A stretch of 42,254 nucleotides of DNA, from the NCBI GenBank assembly GCA_040220235.1, contig JAVJTO010000028.1, one strand, 5' to 3'. Shown here one piece after another: positions 38,062-42,254 of the stretch; within the stretch, counting starts at the first letter, position 1; each line of letters begins with the position of its first letter. Both the position numbers and the translations under genes were made by a program. Source of the stretch: Coleofasciculus sp. B1-GNL1-01. GTDB lineage: Bacteria > Cyanobacteriota > Cyanobacteriia > Cyanobacteriales > Coleofasciculaceae. Under the pieces are notes generated by a model. That model made no database searches, was not told where the DNA came from, and saw only the letters and a program-made list of their open reading frames with translations.

Positions 38062-40998
38062 ATGTCTGATCCAACCCCATCCCTCAATGGAAACCAACCC
38101 CCCAGCCAAAACACCATCCGCATCCGGGGTGCCAGACAACATAACCTGAAAAACATCAACCTTGATCTCCCGCGCGATCGCTTAATTGTCTTCACAGGTG
38201 TCTCTGGTTCCGGTAAATCCTCCCTCGCCTTTGATACCATCTTCGCTGAAGGACAACGCCGCTACGTCGAATCCCTCAGCGCTTATGCGCGTCAATTCCT
38301 GGGACAACTGGATAAACCGGATGTAGACGCCATTGAAGGCTTAAGCCCTGCGATCTCCATTGACCAAAAATCCACATCCAATAATCCTCGTTCTACCGTA
38401 GGTACGGTTACCGAGATTTACGACTACCTGCGCCTATTATTTGGTCGAGCCGGTGAACCCCACTGTCCGATCTGCGATCGCAACATCGCCCCCCAAACCA
38501 TTGACCAAATGTGCGATCGCGTCATGGAACTCCCAGATCGCACCAAGTTCCATATCCTCGCCCCTGTCGTCCGAGGCAAAAAAGGTACACACAAAAAGCT
38601 ACTCTCCAGTTTAGCCGCCGAAGGATTTGTTCGCGTCCGCGTCGATGGCGTGATCCAAACGCTTTCTGATCCAATTGAATTGGATAAAAATTATACCCAC
38701 ACCATTGAAGTCGTAATTGACCGCCTAATTAAAAAGCCAGGACTCCAGGAACGTTTAACCGACTCCCTGGCAACCTGTCTTAAACTTAGCAGTGGAATTG
38801 CGGTAATTCAGGTATTAAATGATTCAACCGAAGTCCAACCTAACTCAAATTCTAGACCTCCTGACGAAAAAAATACAAGGTCTTCCGATCAACAACTTCC
38901 CCAAGAAATCGTCTTCTCGGAAAACTTTGCCTGTCCCGAACATGGCGCGGTGATGGAGGAATTATCTCCCAGACTCTTTTCCTTTAACTCCCCCTATGGC
39001 GCTTGTCCTCACTGTCACGGATTAGGCAATTTACGCACCTTTTCCCCCGAACTCGTTGTCCCCGAACCTAGTCAGCCGATATACTGTGCGATCGCGCCTT
39101 GGTCAGAGCGCGATAATTCCTATTACCTGTCCCTACTCTACAATATTGGACAAGCTTATGGTTTTGAACTGGGAACACCCTGGCAGAAACTGAACCCCGA
39201 ACAGAAACAGGTGGTTCTCTATGGGGCGGATAATCCAATTTGGATTGAAGAGTATAACGATTACCGCCGTTATCGGGGGGTAGTTCCCATCCTGCAAAAA
39301 CAATATGATGAAACCAGTTCCGATACTTATAAACAGAAATTAGAGCAATATTTAGTCGATCAACCCTGTGAAGTCTGTAAAGGGAAACGATTGAAGCCAG
39401 AAACCTTAGCAGTACGGCTGGGACAATATCGGATTACCGATTTAATTGAGGTTTCCATTAGCGAAAGTCGCCAACGGATTGACCAATTAAATCTATCATC
39501 CCGTCAGGCAAAAATAGGTGAACTTGCTCTCAAAGAAATTAAGGCACGATTGCAATTTCTCTTAGATGTCGGCTTAGATTATCTCACCCTAGATCGGGCG
39601 GCGATGACTCTTTCTGGTGGAGAAGCCCAGCGAATTCGTCTGGCGACTCAGATTGGTGCAGGATTAACAGGGGTTTTATATGTATTAGATGAACCGAGTA
39701 TTGGCTTACATCAACGGGATAATGGACGGTTATTAGCCACCTTGCAGAAATTGCGGGATTTAGGGAATACTTTAATTGTGGTGGAACATGATGAAGAAAC
39801 CATTCGCACTGCTGATTGGATTATTGATATTGGTCCCAAGGCGGGAGTTCATGGGGGCGAAATTGTGGTTCAGGGAGATTTCACGGAATTACTGAATAGC
39901 GAAACATCGTTAACGGGAGCCTATTTATCCGGACGCCAGAGAATTGAAACCCCAGGAAAGCGGCGGGAAGGAAACGGGCGATCATTAGTTCTTAAAAATG
40001 CCCACCGCAATAATCTCAAACATATTGATGTAGAGATTGATTTAGGCAAATTAGTTTGCATTACTGGGGTTTCCGGTTCGGGGAAATCTACATTAGTGAA
40101 TGAACTTCTTTATCCGGCGTTGCAACATCATTTAAGTCGAAAGATACCGTTTCCCAAAGAGTTAAGTAAAGTTAAAGGATTAAATGGCGTCGATAAAGCG
40201 ATTGTGATTGATCAATCTCCAATTGGTAGAACCCCTCGTTCTAATCCCGCCACCTATACTGGGGTATTTGATGTGATTCGCGGACTCTTTGCGGAAACCA
40301 TCGAAGCCAAAGCCAGAGGGTATAAAGCTGGACGGTTTTCATTTAACGTTAAAGGCGGGCGCTGTGAAGCCTGTGGCGGACAGGGCGTGAATGTGATTGA
40401 AATGAATTTCCTCCCCGATGTTTATGTGCAATGTGAGGTTTGTAAAGGTGCAAGATATAACCGAGAAACCTTACAGGTGAAATATAAGGGATATTCGATT
40501 GCTGATGTTTTAAATATGACAGTGGAGGAGGCGCTGGAGGTATTTAAGAATATCCCCCGTGCGGTGAATCGGTTACAAACCCTCGTGGATGTGGGGTTAG
40601 GCTATGTACATTTAGGACAACCTGCACCCACATTATCCGGAGGAGAAGCGCAACGAGTAAAATTGGCGACGGAGTTATCGCGACGGGCGACAGGAAAGAC
40701 GTTGTATTTAATTGATGAACCGACAACGGGATTATCGTTTTATGATGTGCATCATTTATTAAATGTGTTGCAGCGATTGGTGGATAAAGGGAATTCGGTG
40801 TTGGTGATTGAGCATAATTTAGATGTGATTCGCTGTAGTGATTGGGTGATTGATTTAGGTCCTGAAGGGGGAGATAAAGGTGGAGAAGTGATTGCGGTGG
40901 GGACGCCGGAGGATGTGGCGGAGAATGAACAGTCGTATACGGGGATGTATTTAAAGGAGGTGTTGAAGGAGTATCCGCCAGTTACTGGTAATGTTTGA
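38062..40998 (+). CDS. uvrA: Excinuclease ABC subunit A
   Basis: GARQHNLKN, two GVSGSGKS Walker A motifs, two LSGGEAQR signatures, zinc fingers, LDEPSIGLH and IDEPTTGL. Confidence 0.99.
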   Translation: MSDPTPSLNGNQPPSQNTIRIRGARQHNLKNINLDLPRDRLIVFTGVSGSGKSSLAFDTIFAEGQRRYVESLSAYARQFLGQLDKPDVDAIEGLSPAISIDQKSTSNNPRSTVGTVTEIYDYLRLLFGRAGEPHCPICDRNIAPQTIDQMCDRVMELPDRTKFHILAPVVRGKKGTHKKLLSSLAAEGFVRVRVDGVIQTLSDPIELDKNYTHTIEVVIDRLIKKPGLQERLTDSLATCLKLSSGIAVIQVLNDSTEVQPNSNSRPPDEKNTRSSDQQLPQEIVFSENFACPEHGAVMEELSPRLFSFNSPYGACPHCHGLGNLRTFSPELVVPEPSQPIYCAIAPWSERDNSYYLSLLYNIGQAYGFELGTPWQKLNPEQKQVVLYGADNPIWIEEYNDYRRYRGVVPILQKQYDETSSDTYKQKLEQYLVDQPCEVCKGKRLKPETLAVRLGQYRITDLIEVSISESRQRIDQLNLSSRQAKIGELALKEIKARLQFLLDVGLDYLTLDRAAMTLSGGEAQRIRLATQIGAGLTGVLYVLDEPSIGLHQRDNGRLLATLQKLRDLGNTLIVVEHDEETIRTADWIIDIGPKAGVHGGEIVVQGDFTELLNSETSLTGAYLSGRQRIETPGKRREGNGRSLVLKNAHRNNLKHIDVEIDLGKLVCITGVSGSGKSTLVNELLYPALQHHLSRKIPFPKELSKVKGLNGVDKAIVIDQSPIGRTPRSNPATYTGVFDVIRGLFAETIEAKARGYKAGRFSFNVKGGRCEACGGQGVNVIEMNFLPDVYVQCEVCKGARYNRETLQVKYKGYSIADVLNMTVEEALEVFKNIPRAVNRLQTLVDVGLGYVHLGQPAPTLSGGEAQRVKLATELSRRATGKTLYLIDEPTTGLSFYDVHHLLNVLQRLVDKGNSVLVIEHNLDVIRCSDWVIDLGPEGGDKGGEVIAVGTPEDVAENEQSYTGMYLKEVLKEYPPVTGNV

Positions 40999-41025
40999 GA
41001 TATCGTTTAGCCAGTTGGTAACTGA

Positions 41026-41619
41026 ATGGTTGAAGAACATCCACATCTAATTGTAATCGCTGGACCCAATGGTGCAGGAAAATCGACATCTGCTCCCGCT
41101 TTGCTTCAAGGAACTCTCGGTGTCACCGAATATGTAAATGCTGATACAATTGCCCAAGGATTATCTGCATTTGCACCCGAAAGAGCCACATTTCGCGCTG
41201 GACGAATTATGCTAGAACGATTACAGCAATTGGCAAACGAACGAGTTAACTTTGCTTTTGAAACCACGTTAGCCAGCCGCAGTTTTGCACCTTGGATTGC
41301 TAACTTGCGTCAGAACGGTTATCGGTTTCATCTATTTTTCCTGGGATTGCCCAATCCAGAGTTAGCGATCGCTCGTGTGCAAGAACGAGTAAGCCTTGGC
41401 GGACATGATGTACCGGAAGAAACCATCCGACGTCGTTACCATGCAGGTATCCGTAACTTTTTTCAGTTGTACAGACCCCTGGCAGATTCTTGGTTTTTCT
41501 ACGACAATGCCAGTATGGAAGTACCCCGTCTCTTAGCGGCTGGCGAAAGAGAAGATAGTGTTTATGTTGCACAACCCCTAATTTGGCAACGAATTGAGGA
41601 AGACTATTATGGCAGATAA
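41026..41619 (+). CDS. Zeta-toxin-like P-loop kinase/ATPase (COG4185 type)
   Basis: IAGPNGAGKST, VNADTIA, FAFETTL, RVSLGGHDVPEETIRRRY, YDNA. Confidence 0.88.
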   Translation: MVEEHPHLIVIAGPNGAGKSTSAPALLQGTLGVTEYVNADTIAQGLSAFAPERATFRAGRIMLERLQQLANERVNFAFETTLASRSFAPWIANLRQNGYRFHLFFLGLPNPELAIARVQERVSLGGHDVPEETIRRRYHAGIRNFFQLYRPLADSWFFYDNASMEVPRLLAAGEREDSVYVAQPLIWQRIEEDYYGR

Positions 41620-41806
41620 TTTTGGGAACGATAGAATTTCAGAACTTTTGGCTGATAGAGAAAAAATTAACCAAGCATTGGCTAAAGCTGTGCAAGATGC
41701 TTTATTAAAACACAAACAAGCGGGTAATCCAGTGGCTATTTGGCGTGATGGGAAAGTTGTCTGGATACCTCCAGAGGAAATTTTAGCAGAGAAACATAAA
41801 CCGTAA
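41609..41806 (+). CDS. Small partner protein of the zeta-like ATPase (putative antitoxin)
   Basis: Overlaps the upstream stop; AVQDALLKHKQAGNPVAIWRDGKVVWIPPEEI is typical of partners of these ATPases. Confidence 0.78.
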   Translation: MADNFGNDRISELLADREKINQALAKAVQDALLKHKQAGNPVAIWRDGKVVWIPPEEILAEKHKP

Positions 41807-41873
41807 TTTGCTGTTAAGTATCTGGTAATAAGAGAAACATAAACCGTAATTTGCTGTTAAGTATTTGGTAATA
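41788..41873 (+). repeat. 43-bp tandem duplication (1 mismatch)
   Basis: agagaaacataaaccgtaatttgctgttaagtat(c/t)tggtaata at 41788-41830 and 41831-41873. Confidence 0.92.
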
Positions 41874-41954
41874 TTTGATACAGTTAATGTTATTCTAGCT
41901 AATCAGATTAAATAGCTATACTTGATTGTCTAATGAAACTAGAGGTATCTAGAT

Positions 41955-42119
41955 ATGCGTGATTTATTTCCTGGCTACTACCAACCAACACCCGAAGAGT
42001 TTGAGACGCTTTGGCAAGAGGCTATTTTTTCTTTCGATGCCAATATCCTATTAAATATATATCGTTATAGTGCGGAAACCAGAGAAAGGCTTTTTGAGAT
42101 TATTGAACGCCTGATATAG
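41955..42119 (+). pseudogene. PIN-like domain protein (PIN_8/DUF4935 type), 5' fragment interrupted by an insertion
   Basis: MRDLFPGYYQPTPEEFETLWQEAIFSFDANILLNIYRYSAETRERLFEIIERL, after which an IS-end-like sequence supplies the TAG. Confidence 0.78.
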
Positions 42120-42254
42120 CAATCCTAAATAGATTGTGGCAAAATTCCGTACTGAAAAATTTTTGGGAACTCGAATATTTGACCATCAGCAAAAAACTTA
42201 AATAGCCACTTAACTATTTTAAAAGAGCTGCAAAGATGATAAAATTGTCTAATG
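42115..42254. mobile_element. Left end of a probable TA-targeting (IS630-like) IS or MITE; continues beyond the window
   Basis: TATAGCAATCCTAAATAGATTGTG resembles a common cyanobacterial IS630-type terminus (recall) and coincides exactly with the ORF break. Confidence 0.65.

Noticed and set aside
41788..41873. 43-bp repeat as a mini-CRISPR or att site
   Set aside because: The copies are directly adjacent with no spacer; it is a simple tandem duplication.
1..42254. tRNA, rRNA, riboswitch or NtcA-box calls
   Set aside because: No convincing cloverleaf, rRNA signature or exact GTA-N8-TAC was seen in the promoter regions I inspected by eye. tRNAscan-SE and Infernal would be needed to exclude them.

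Overview
Chromosomal window from a filamentous cyanobacterium. Evidence: abundant HIP1 GCGATCGC, STRR tracts, GTAG-type REP/REPIN elements, CRR6, FurC and a PEP-CTERM gene; a Coleofasciculus/Microcoleus-like host is my inference. Housekeeping genes (ispD, GT9, crr6, furC, ylqF/rbgA, usp, pgk, uvrA) are mixed with accessory DNA. The most striking block is a 10.7-kb co-oriented minus-strand cluster at 10938-21607. It runs: sigma-70-like factor > DUF1822 protein > membrane-anchored CHAT (caspase-like) protease with TPRs > secreted FecR-like/TPR protein > giant secreted haemagglutinin(TPS)-CHAT protein, with a divergent PEP-CTERM gene. It looks like a CRISPR-independent protease/anti-sigma/sigma surface-signalling module. 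A second accessory region (about 30.8-37.6 kb, plus 41-42.2 kb) holds a convergent Type II R-M pair bracketed by ~80-bp HIP1-anchored direct repeats, intact and decayed toxin-antitoxin pairs, and genes broken by TA-targeting MITEs/IS. There is also a kinase-less RHH + 4xPAS regulator with a Cys-less LOV-like domain. No rRNA, tRNA or CRISPR array was recognised. All family calls come from motif recognition by eye; no database search was run.
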